The position numbers and the translations under genes are program-made. The notes beneath the pieces are model-generated. The model searched no databases and had not been told where the DNA came from. It saw only the letters and a list, made by a program, of their open reading frames with translations. From Candidatus Ozemobacteraceae bacterium (GTDB taxonomy: Bacteria > Muiribacteriota > Ozemobacteria > Ozemobacterales > Ozemobacteraceae), in contig OZ223236.1 of NCBI GenBank assembly GCA_965140445.1, forward strand, positions 2,656,001 through 2,720,000: a DNA stretch of 64,000 nucleotides, read 5' to 3'. Of the stretch, positions 17,834-25,676 are shown piece by piece (position 1 is the stretch's first letter; each line of letters starts with the position of its first letter).

Positions 17834-19504
17834 TTATGCTTTTAAATAATTATCAATTTGCTGGTTAGTGAGAGAAGGGCAATCGAGAATTGTTGTAGGA
17901 AGAACGATTCCCTGAGCCCTAAGTTGAGTTTGTCTTTGAACTACAGCTGATCCAAATAGGAGGTTCATTGCTACATCAACAACCTTCCTGTTTTCCACAT
18001 TGTCAAAATGGCTGCCTTTTGCCCATTCATTGAAAGCACCCATTGCAGCACCACACCAAATCTGGAAATCAACTTTTCGGTCTTCTACTCCACCAACAGC
18101 CCATCTAGCAGAGAGTCCCAGATACCATCTGAAAACAAGTGCCATTTTATGTTTTGGCTCTTTTTCAGCTCTTTCAACCTGTGAAGGGTCTCTTTCCAAA
18201 AAGAAATTACGAGTTCCTTCCCAAATATTTTCGAGTGTATCTCTAAAGACTGTTTTTTCTAGATTCATTTTTTCTGGTGCAGGAATGCTGTCTATTCCAT
18301 CATATCTTCTGAAAATTTCATAAAGTTTCTGAGCGCGCATTGCAAACATGGTTCCTCTTTTTAGAACCTGAACAGTGACGCCCATCTCAAACATATCGCC
18401 CGCTGGAGCCATAGCAATATCAGCTTGTCCTGCTTGAGAAAGCATTTGTCTTGCAATGTCTGAAGTTCCGGATTCAACGCATGCCTGATTTACAGAGCCA
18501 GTTACAAGGTATGCTGCGCCCATAGAGAAAGCGGCAGCAGCTGAAGCAGGAGTTCCTGTTCCGCCACCAAATCCAACTCTAAGTGGGAAAGGATAATTAA
18601 ATTCTTTTTGAAGTCTGTTTCGCAGAGCAATCATAGTTGGGTGTAATGAAACAGCAGGTCTGTTGTCTGTGTGTCCACCTGAGTCAGCTTCAGAGGTTAA
18701 ATCCTGTGCAACCGGAATCTGGGTGGCAAGTCTGGCTTGTTGCTCTGTTATCGTTCCTGCTTCCAGAAGCTTTTTCAACATTTTTTCTGGTGGAGGAGAG
18801 AAGAATTTTGTTGCAACTTCAACCCTCGAAGCTTTTGCTATTACTTTGTTAGGAGTAATTATATTTCCATTTTCGTCTTCATGAATTCCATCAAGTCTGT
18901 ATCGAACTAATGGAAGTGACATTGCCAGGAATGCAGAAGCTTCCACAAGTCTCATTTCATGATGAAGGTAAAGATCAACTATTTTGTCCTCAAGACCTTT
19001 TTCATTAGGGCTGTGAATCAAGTTCATTCCGAATGGGACTGGATTTTCAAGGCCCTTCATTCTAAGAATTGCGCTTTCAACTTTTTCTGGGCTGTCCCCA
19101 GCAGAGCCGATAAAGCCAAGCATTCCGGAATTGCCAAGTGCAATAGCGATGTCAGGAGAGCTGATCCCATGCGCCATTGATCCGCCAACATATGGAAATT
19201 CTATTCCATAGTCTCTACAAAAAGAAGAATCACCCAGATCGTGAAGACCCTGAGGAGCTAGCATTCCCATTAGAGGGGAACTTCCTTTGGGCCTGGAAGC
19301 AAGGTCAAATGATAAATCACCAGAAGTTGCTACGCCAAGTTTTCCTTCATTTAGAACAACAAAAACAGGCTTGGAAACCTGCTTTAGAGCTTCATCTATA
19401 GACTCAATATCAAATGCTAAACTGTCAGAGCTGCCTGTCCACCAACCGATGTGGGCTTGCTTCTCAACAGATGTTTTTAGTGCTTCGTTATTTGCTTTGT
19501 GCAT
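17834..19504 (-). CDS. pfaD: PfaD FMN-dependent enoyl reductase
   Basis: GGSMAHGIS, EASAF, EADSGGHTDNRP, GSVNQACVESG, MAPAGDMFEMG, FQIWCGAAMGAFN; GGAGG SD. Confidence 0.95.
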   Translation of the reverse strand: MHKANNEALKTSVEKQAHIGWWTGSSDSLAFDIESIDEALKQVSKPVFVVLNEGKLGVATSGDLSFDLASRPKGSSPLMGMLAPQGLHDLGDSSFCRDYGIEFPYVGGSMAHGISSPDIAIALGNSGMLGFIGSAGDSPEKVESAILRMKGLENPVPFGMNLIHSPNEKGLEDKIVDLYLHHEMRLVEASAFLAMSLPLVRYRLDGIHEDENGNIITPNKVIAKASRVEVATKFFSPPPEKMLKKLLEAGTITEQQARLATQIPVAQDLTSEADSGGHTDNRPAVSLHPTMIALRNRLQKEFNYPFPLRVGFGGGTGTPASAAAAFSMGAAYLVTGSVNQACVESGTSDIARQMLSQAGQADIAMAPAGDMFEMGVTVQVLKRGTMFAMRAQKLYEIFRRYDGIDSIPAPEKMNLEKTVFRDTLENIWEGTRNFFLERDPSQVERAEKEPKHKMALVFRWYLGLSARWAVGGVEDRKVDFQIWCGAAMGAFNEWAKGSHFDNVENRKVVDVAMNLLFGSAVVQRQTQLRAQGIVLPTTILDCPSLTNQQIDNYLKA

Positions 19505-19553
19505 TGGTTAACTATCCTCCAGAATCTCTTTACGGGAATACCATTAAGGCGCA

Positions 19554-19582
19554 AGTTTATATTAATTTGTTGGTTTTTACAA
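19554..19582 (-). promoter_or_regulatory. Putative sigma70 promoter of pfaD
   Basis: TTGTAA-17 bp-TAAACT on the minus strand, about 50 bp upstream of the start. Confidence 0.5.
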
Positions 19583-19673
19583 GTATCCTTTATAATCCTG
19601 CTTCTCTGCATTGAAAAACTTGAAATCCTGCTATTGAAGATGCATGTAAAAATCGAAAGACAGGATAAAAAAC

Positions 19674-20243
19674 TTAAAAAGTGAGAATTTTAGAATAAAT
19701 CAGGTTTTTTATCTCAGATTTCGACTTTTCGTTTAAAGGGCTTCTGTAGATAAAACTCAAAAGATTATTGCGAGTGATTCCGACAATTGTAGGAATGTCA
19801 TAGTCGATTTTTAAGCTTCGTCCAACATAAGAATGAGAATCGATAATAACGGGTATTGGAGGCTGATATTCTGTTATCAAGTCGAGGTTTTTTTTGTATT
19901 GGTTCGAGAATTCTGTTCCGGAAGGATTGAAAACCCAGAGAACATTAGCTCTGGTTCCAAATTCAGAGTTTAAGAATATGGCCCACTTTTTTAAATCATG
20001 TCGAATGCCCCATTTTCCAGTAATAAAAATATATGGGATCGGATTATAAATATTGTTTTCCCAGGTTTTTCCTTCTGTATCTGTGAGCTTGAACGCAACA
20101 AACTTTTCTGAGGGAGAAACCTTCTTTATGTAAAAAGGAGGAAAACTTTCTTTTTCCGTTGCTGAATAAAGTGCCCATCTGGATTGAATTGGCACAATCA
20201 GAATAATTGTTAAGACAATTAAAATAAGGTTGGGTCTTTTCAT
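19674..20243 (-). CDS. Exported/membrane-anchored hypothetical protein, possibly thioredoxin-like fold without CxxC
   Basis: Hydrophobic N-terminus; FKLTDTEGKTW and IPTIVGI resemble redoxin segments; no cysteines. Confidence 0.55.
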   Translation of the reverse strand: MKRPNLILIVLTIILIVPIQSRWALYSATEKESFPPFYIKKVSPSEKFVAFKLTDTEGKTWENNIYNPIPYIFITGKWGIRHDLKKWAIFLNSEFGTRANVLWVFNPSGTEFSNQYKKNLDLITEYQPPIPVIIDSHSYVGRSLKIDYDIPTIVGITRNNLLSFIYRSPLNEKSKSEIKNLIYSKILTF

Positions 20244-20355
20244 GTTTAAAATTATAATGGCAAAAACGGGAAAAAAGGTAGCCGAAATTTTTCCGTTATC
20301 CGCAATCAGCTAAATGCAGGTAGGATTTGACCTAACCTGATAATAGGAGATAACT

Positions 20356-20433
20356 TTGTTTATACTAATACTTGTGGTGCTGGTGGTTTTAATTGCTTTT
20401 TTCTTTTTATCAGGCAACAAAAAAGATGAGTAG
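20356..20433 (+). CDS. Putative 25-aa single-TM small protein
   Basis: AGGAGA SD 5 nt before TTG; MFILILVVLVVLIAFFFLSGNKKDE*. Confidence 0.5.
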   Translation: MFILILVVLVVLIAFFFLSGNKKDE

Positions 20434-20492
20434 TTGAAATTTTGCTGAAATAGCTTAGCTTTTATTAATACTTATAGTTCTGGAGTGAAATA

Positions 20493-21311
20493 GTGTCTCT
20501 TGTAATAATAATTGGACTCGGTCTTGGAATCATTTTAATTGTTTACCTTCTTGATATTAAAAAAAATATGCATAGGAAAGAGCTCGTAAGAGAAGATTTT
20601 CCCAAAGAATTTGAAGATATTTTATATGCCAACCTGCCTTTGTATAGAAAACTACCTGATGATTTAAAAAAACAACTTCATGGAAAAATAAATGTTTTTC
20701 TTGATGAGAAGCCATTTGAAGGTTGCGGTGGGCTGGTTATTACAGATGAGATTAGAGTGACTATTGCCGGACAGGCGAGCATGCTGCTTTTAAATAGAGA
20801 AAATGAGTTTTTCAATGTTTTAACTTCTGTTTTGGTTTATCCCGCAGCATACATTGCGAAAGCTCCAGTTCACAACAATGGTAGCATTGTGGATTCTGAC
20901 AGTGTAAGACTTGGTGAATCCTGGAATAGCGGAACTCTTGTTCTCTCTTGGAATGACGTAAAATACGGCGTAAAAAATTCCAGTGACGGGCAAAATGTAA
21001 TAATTCATGAATTTGCTCATCAGCTAGATCAGGAAGATGGGGGTGCTCATGGTGACCCTATCCTTGAAAGTAGAAGCAATTACGTTACCTGGGCGAAGGT
21101 ATTGGGCGAAGAATTTAAAATCTTGAAGGAAAAGGCCGCAAAGCACAAGAAGTCGACTATGGATTATTATGGTGCAACAAATCCGGCGGAATTTTTTGCT
21201 GTTGCCACGGAAACTTTCTTTGAAAAGCCAGTTCAAATGAAAACAAAGCATCCTGAGCTATACGAAGAGTTAAAAAAATTCTACAAATTAGATCCATGCA
21301 GTTGGGACTAA
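20493..21311 (+). CDS. M90/MtfA-family zinc-dependent peptidase
   Basis: GESW, NVIIHEFAHQLD, YGATNPAEFFAVATETFFE. Confidence 0.9.
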   Translation: MSLVIIIGLGLGIILIVYLLDIKKNMHRKELVREDFPKEFEDILYANLPLYRKLPDDLKKQLHGKINVFLDEKPFEGCGGLVITDEIRVTIAGQASMLLLNRENEFFNVLTSVLVYPAAYIAKAPVHNNGSIVDSDSVRLGESWNSGTLVLSWNDVKYGVKNSSDGQNVIIHEFAHQLDQEDGGAHGDPILESRSNYVTWAKVLGEEFKILKEKAAKHKKSTMDYYGATNPAEFFAVATETFFEKPVQMKTKHPELYEELKKFYKLDPCSWD

Positions 21312-21443
21312 ATCCGGTTTAATAGTTAAATTCTAATTGAATTGTTTATAGAAAATAGCCTACAATTATTAGCGAGTTATACCTTTATTTACATAGAATT
21401 CAAAAATCAAAAGATGTTTTATTGATCGAGGAAGAGGTGTTTT

Positions 21444-21779
21444 ATGAAGGATATTAAGGCTTTTAAATTAGAAATATTTGCGCCGGAAGAGTTTGTTCTT
21501 TCCATCCAGGAAGCTATGCATAAGGCAGGCGCTGGCTGTTTGGGTAATTATGACCACATTGCTGCAAGAATAAAAACCAAGGGCTATTGGCGTCCACTAG
21601 AAGGTTCAGAGCCAAGAAGTGGTGCTGTTGGTTCTCTTTGCTCTGCTGCTGAGGTAAAAATTGAAGTGCATTGCAAAAGTGAATTGGTTAAGGCTGTTGT
21701 TAAGGCCGTCAGAGATATTCACCCATATGAAGAGCCTTTGATAAACATTATTCCACTGGCGAACCAGTTTTTTGACTAG
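21444..21779 (+). CDS. Stand-alone YqfO/NIF3 insert-like (PII/CutA-like) protein
   Basis: GAGCLGNYDH and HPYEEP motifs. Confidence 0.8.
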   Translation: MKDIKAFKLEIFAPEEFVLSIQEAMHKAGAGCLGNYDHIAARIKTKGYWRPLEGSEPRSGAVGSLCSAAEVKIEVHCKSELVKAVVKAVRDIHPYEEPLINIIPLANQFFD

Positions 21780-21807
21780 AAAAAAAATACAAATTGTTGA
21801 GGAAAAT

Positions 21808-22263
21808 ATGATTCTTTCCAGCTTAAGTAACAGTAGTAGATACTCTAATGTTCACCCATTATTTGAAGTAGCTTTCCATTTTTTGAAAGCAAACAATTTG
21901 AACTTACTTGAAGTTGGAAAGCATGTGATTCAAGGGGAAGATGTTTTTGCTATGGTTTCTGAATATGAGACCAGGGGAAGCGAAGAAAGTGACCTTGAGG
22001 CTCATCGGAAATATATCGATATACAGGTTCTTGGCAGCGGCTCAGAAAAGATTGGGTTCGCAAATTTAGCGGGGCAAAAAATCACTGAAGAATATTCAGA
22101 AGAAAAAGATGTGGGATTCTTTGATGGCGACTGTGATTATTTAACCATTGAACCTGGGTTGTTTGGAGTATTTTTCCCGGAAGATTTGCATAAGCCCTGC
22201 ATTCATAACCTGGAAAAAACAATGGTAAAAAAGATAGTAGTAAAGGTGTTAGCTAAAAAGTAA
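21808..22263 (+). CDS. YhcH/YjgK/YiaL family protein
   Basis: EAHRKYIDIQ, FFPEDLHKP, KIVVKV; likely start ATG 21808 after GAGG. Confidence 0.88.
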   Translation: MILSSLSNSSRYSNVHPLFEVAFHFLKANNLNLLEVGKHVIQGEDVFAMVSEYETRGSEESDLEAHRKYIDIQVLGSGSEKIGFANLAGQKITEEYSEEKDVGFFDGDCDYLTIEPGLFGVFFPEDLHKPCIHNLEKTMVKKIVVKVLAKK

Positions 22264-22342
22264 TTTATAGTCAATTAAATAAGGCTAAAAGCTAACATTT
22301 CTTAGAAACGATTTTGTTGTTCTGTAGAAATATACATCAAGA

Positions 22343-23911
22343 TTGAGGGGTTCAATGATTTTAAAAAGGGTTTGCTATTTTTCAGTTTTAATTTTTTTGG
22401 TCATTGGTTTTTCTTTTCCCGGGTTTGCAGAAAAAATGCCCAATCCAATTGGTGAGAAAACCAAATTTGTTCTAAATGTAAATTTGGGCAAACTTTACGA
22501 TCTTGGAATATCAAAAATCGAAGAATTAAAAAATCCCGAGAATTCAAAGGATTTGGAAAAGCTCTTAGGAGCTGACCAAGGTAATAAGCAGAATGGCTTT
22601 AGTTCAAATGAATTGGTTGACCAGATTTTGGAATTTGAAAATAAAAAAATGTTTAAACCCAATGGTTTTCTCTGGTTGGCTGTTGATTCTGATTTCAGAT
22701 TCTGCTTAACAATTGATGCAGTATGTAAGCCAGCTGATTTATTTTCATTTTTGTCTTCATATCTTGAAAAAAAAATCAGTTCAAAAAAAGTTGGAGAAAA
22801 GCAGGTTCAGTTTAAAATTTCTGTTTCTGAAAATGTCGTTTTGGATGCAGTGATAAGCGAAGATGGAATAAAAGTAGGAAGTAGATTTGAAAATTCGCCA
22901 AAAAGTTTGAAGGATTGGAAATCTTTCGTAAATAAAGCAGAGAAGCCAGATGCATTTCTTTCTTTTGATGTCGATTTCGAAGCTTATGTAAATTATAAAA
23001 CCGGATCTTCTTTGAAAGCTCGAAGATATGCGTGTTGTGCAAATATGCGTGTTTTGCTTGGCGCCATAGAGATGTACAATATGGATAATGTCGAAATGAT
23101 TAAATCAAATCTTGATATAGATTTGCTTTGCTCTCAAAAATATTTAAAAAGCAAAATGAGCTGCCCATGCGCAGGAAAATATAGCATCGAAGGAGATATT
23201 ACTGAAGATGGGTATATAAAGTGCTCCGCCCATGGAACAGTAGAAAACCCAGTTGATGCTCCGATGAGCAAGGAACATGTTTTTTCTGACCCAGCCTATT
23301 TAGAAATTAAGAAAATTCGACTTTTTATTGATTCAAATGGAGTTGTGCTTGCTACATATGCCAAATCTAAAGAAGTCAGAGCAAAAATTAGATCATCCTT
23401 TGAAGAGTATTTAAAGTTTGGAAAAAAACTTATTGATGAATATGGGAAAAATGTGAAGCAAAGTTCAGGAGAGCAAGAAACTCTTAATCTCTTTAATTCT
23501 ATGTTGAACAGGGTAAAGTTTGGAAATTCAGGAAGCTGGTTTATTAGTCAATTTAAGGCAGAAAGTCAGGAAGAGGTTTTAAAATCATTGGCAGCTATTT
23601 CAGGGTTTGCCGCAGCAATTGCAGTTCCAAATTTCAAAAAAGCTCGTTTCAGCGCTCGTCAAAAAGCATGCTTTGCTAACCAGAGGGTAATCCTTGGAGC
23701 TATTGAAATGTACAATATGGACAATAAAGAAATGCTTAAATTTATTCGAGATTCAGATGTTCGTGACGGCGGGATTTTGCCTGAACAAAAATATCTTAAA
23801 TCTGGAATTGTTAATCCTGAACCAGGGTGTTTTTACTCTTCCATTGGGGATTTAACAGAAATGACTGGTAAAATTACATGCAAAATTCATGGATCAGTTG
23901 ATGATTATTAG
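22343..23911 (+). CDS. Exported protein with two type IV pilin/pseudopilin-like domains
   Basis: Signal peptide; two ACxANxRVxLGAIEMYNMDN...CxxHG units, the second preceded by AAAIAVPNF. Confidence 0.7.
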   Translation: MRGSMILKRVCYFSVLIFLVIGFSFPGFAEKMPNPIGEKTKFVLNVNLGKLYDLGISKIEELKNPENSKDLEKLLGADQGNKQNGFSSNELVDQILEFENKKMFKPNGFLWLAVDSDFRFCLTIDAVCKPADLFSFLSSYLEKKISSKKVGEKQVQFKISVSENVVLDAVISEDGIKVGSRFENSPKSLKDWKSFVNKAEKPDAFLSFDVDFEAYVNYKTGSSLKARRYACCANMRVLLGAIEMYNMDNVEMIKSNLDIDLLCSQKYLKSKMSCPCAGKYSIEGDITEDGYIKCSAHGTVENPVDAPMSKEHVFSDPAYLEIKKIRLFIDSNGVVLATYAKSKEVRAKIRSSFEEYLKFGKKLIDEYGKNVKQSSGEQETLNLFNSMLNRVKFGNSGSWFISQFKAESQEEVLKSLAAISGFAAAIAVPNFKKARFSARQKACFANQRVILGAIEMYNMDNKEMLKFIRDSDVRDGGILPEQKYLKSGIVNPEPGCFYSSIGDLTEMTGKITCKIHGSVDDY

Positions 23912-23955
23912 ATTTGCAAATTTATTTTATTAAATCTAAATTTTGAAAGGCAATT

Positions 23956-24624
23956 ATGAAAAAAATTATCGTTTTAGTTACAGTAGTTTGCGCTATTTTT
24001 CCTTTTCTTACCGCAGAAGGCATCGAATTTAAAGATTTTGCGACCCAGATTAAGCAGATTAAATTTAAACCTGGAACTCATTTACAGACCACAAAAATAG
24101 TTATTTTGCATCCAATGGTGAAAGATAAGATTACTGAATTGGTTCACACGTCTTCGTTAAACTGGGGTAAAGGGAAGTGTACCAAAAAGGTGGAAGATTT
24201 CCAGCAGACAAAGGGAAAACCGGTTAAGGGGGAAACTGGAGTTGGGCAAAGTTTTCCCTATAATTATCCTCCAATGGATTTGCTTAAGTTTTGTGAAAAA
24301 TCTGAAATAAGTAATTGGAAGATTGCTAGTGAAGGTTTAACGCTTGATGGTCAAAAATTAAAAGGCTATAAGTTTTTAGTTTTGGATGACGGCAAGTCTA
24401 AACTTTGCTCTTTGTTTTTAAACGATAAAGATGAAATCTGCGCTCTTTCAATGGGGTTTGACAGAAACGGTATAAAATCTGATGCAAATATGAAGGAAAG
24501 TGGAAAGACCTGGTATTTTAAAAAAATCGACGGTTTGCTTGCATTGGTTAAAGAGTCTATTGTAACAGCAGAAAAGAAGTCGGGAATTCCCATTTTAAAA
24601 ACAGAATTGATCGAATTTAAATAG
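23956..24624 (+). CDS. Exported hypothetical protein
   Basis: 222-aa ORF with signal peptide-like N-terminus. Confidence 0.7.
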   Translation: MKKIIVLVTVVCAIFPFLTAEGIEFKDFATQIKQIKFKPGTHLQTTKIVILHPMVKDKITELVHTSSLNWGKGKCTKKVEDFQQTKGKPVKGETGVGQSFPYNYPPMDLLKFCEKSEISNWKIASEGLTLDGQKLKGYKFLVLDDGKSKLCSLFLNDKDEICALSMGFDRNGIKSDANMKESGKTWYFKKIDGLLALVKESIVTAEKKSGIPILKTELIEFK

Positions 24625-24636
24625 TTAGTTTCCTAT

Positions 24637-24697
24637 AAGAAAAGAACTCTCGTCTGGCATTTTCAATTAAAATGTTTGAAACGAGAGTTTTTTTCTT
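24637..24697. terminator. Probable bidirectional terminator between convergent genes
   Basis: AAGAAAAGAACTCTCGT ... ACGAGAGTTTTTTTTCTT inverted repeat with A/T tails. Confidence 0.6.
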
Positions 24698-24699
24698 AT

Positions 24700-25188
24700 T
24701 TATGCTTTGTTTTTTAAAGATTTTCTTAAAAATTTAAATTCTCTGGAAATGAAAGATTCATAGCTTGCGTCAATGAACTTCAATTTTTCGCGAATCGTTT
24801 TTGGATTCATGGAGGCAAAATCAAGATTTGTTGGACCAAGAAGGAGCTCATGAACTTCTTTTTTCTTTTCACGCATATCAAGACATAAAAGTTCGTCCTG
24901 ATCATTATATCCAACTATAGAAAAACCCTTTTCATAAAGAACTTCCCCGGGCATTTCCCAGAGATTTTCATCAATTAAATTTTTAAGTGAAAGAAGTCTG
25001 AATTTTCCAATAATTATGTCTTGAGTAGGGCTGGTTTTTGAATAAAGCTTTAAAAAGTCCTTTGGAAAACTCATTTTAGCCAATTCCGAAAGATCGGCTT
25101 TGTCAGCTGTTTGAAACAAATTTGGGAATAATTCACTAAGTTCTTTGTTTATTTCAGAATAGTTCAAAATTAATTCTCTTTCATTCAT
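24700..25188 (-). CDS. SMI1/KNR4 (SUKH)-like protein
   Basis: FPKDFLKLY, RLLSLKNLIDEN, IVGY...LLCLD, IDASYESFI pattern. Confidence 0.55.
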   Translation of the reverse strand: MNERELILNYSEINKELSELFPNLFQTADKADLSELAKMSFPKDFLKLYSKTSPTQDIIIGKFRLLSLKNLIDENLWEMPGEVLYEKGFSIVGYNDQDELLCLDMREKKKEVHELLLGPTNLDFASMNPKTIREKLKFIDASYESFISREFKFLRKSLKNKA

Positions 25189-25205
25189 TCATCTTATAGG
25201 GATAG

Positions 25206-25238
25206 AAAAAAACAGCCCCTATAAAAGGGGCTGTTTTT
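25206..25238 (-). terminator. Intrinsic terminator after the RRM gene
   Basis: AAAAACAGCCCCT-ataaa-AGGGGCTGTTTTT. Confidence 0.8.
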
Positions 25239-25254
25239 ATAATTTTAACAGTTA

Positions 25255-25527
25255 TTAATACTGTGGTCTTCTTCTTGGACGATCTTCTTTTGGTCTTGCT
25301 TCGTTAACCTTAAGATTTCTTCCAGAAACTTCTTTTCCGTCGAGCTGACGAATTGCTTCCTGAGCTTCAGAAGCTTCAGTCATTTCTACGAAACCAAAAC
25401 CTTTTGCTCTACCAGTTTCTCTGTCAGTGATGATGTTTGCGCTAACAACAGATCCAAATTCCGCGAAAAGTTCTTCCAAGTTCTGCTCAGTCATGCTGTA
25501 AGGCATGTTACCAACGTACAATTTCAT
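25255..25527 (-). CDS. RRM (RNP-1) RNA-binding protein
   Basis: LYVGNM (RNP2), KGFGFVEM (RNP1), LKVNEARP. Confidence 0.95.
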   Translation of the reverse strand: MKLYVGNMPYSMTEQNLEELFAEFGSVVSANIITDRETGRAKGFGFVEMTEASEAQEAIRQLDGKEVSGRNLKVNEARPKEDRPRRRPQY

Positions 25528-25676
25528 TTTGTTCTCCGTATACTTAAATAATTTACTCTAATCAGGATTCTGTGTTTAGCAAAAACCGATCGAGCTTTCA
25601 GTATATCTTAAAAGGAAAGAAAAGGAAAGAAAAAAAAAACTTTTTTTTTGGACTAAAAATATGCCTCTGAAACAGT

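Noticed and set aside
2124..19504. Heterocyst glycolipid, zeamine/fabclavine or modular antibiotic PKS interpretation
   Set aside because: No thioester reductase, aminotransferase or NRPS domains; FabA-type DH pairs and ole genes fit Pfa-Ole
1392..19684. Many 60-170 aa ORFs antisense to or out of frame within the pfa/ole genes (similar ones occur across the window)
   Set aside because: They overlap well-supported genes and have no recognisable motifs; expected shadow ORFs
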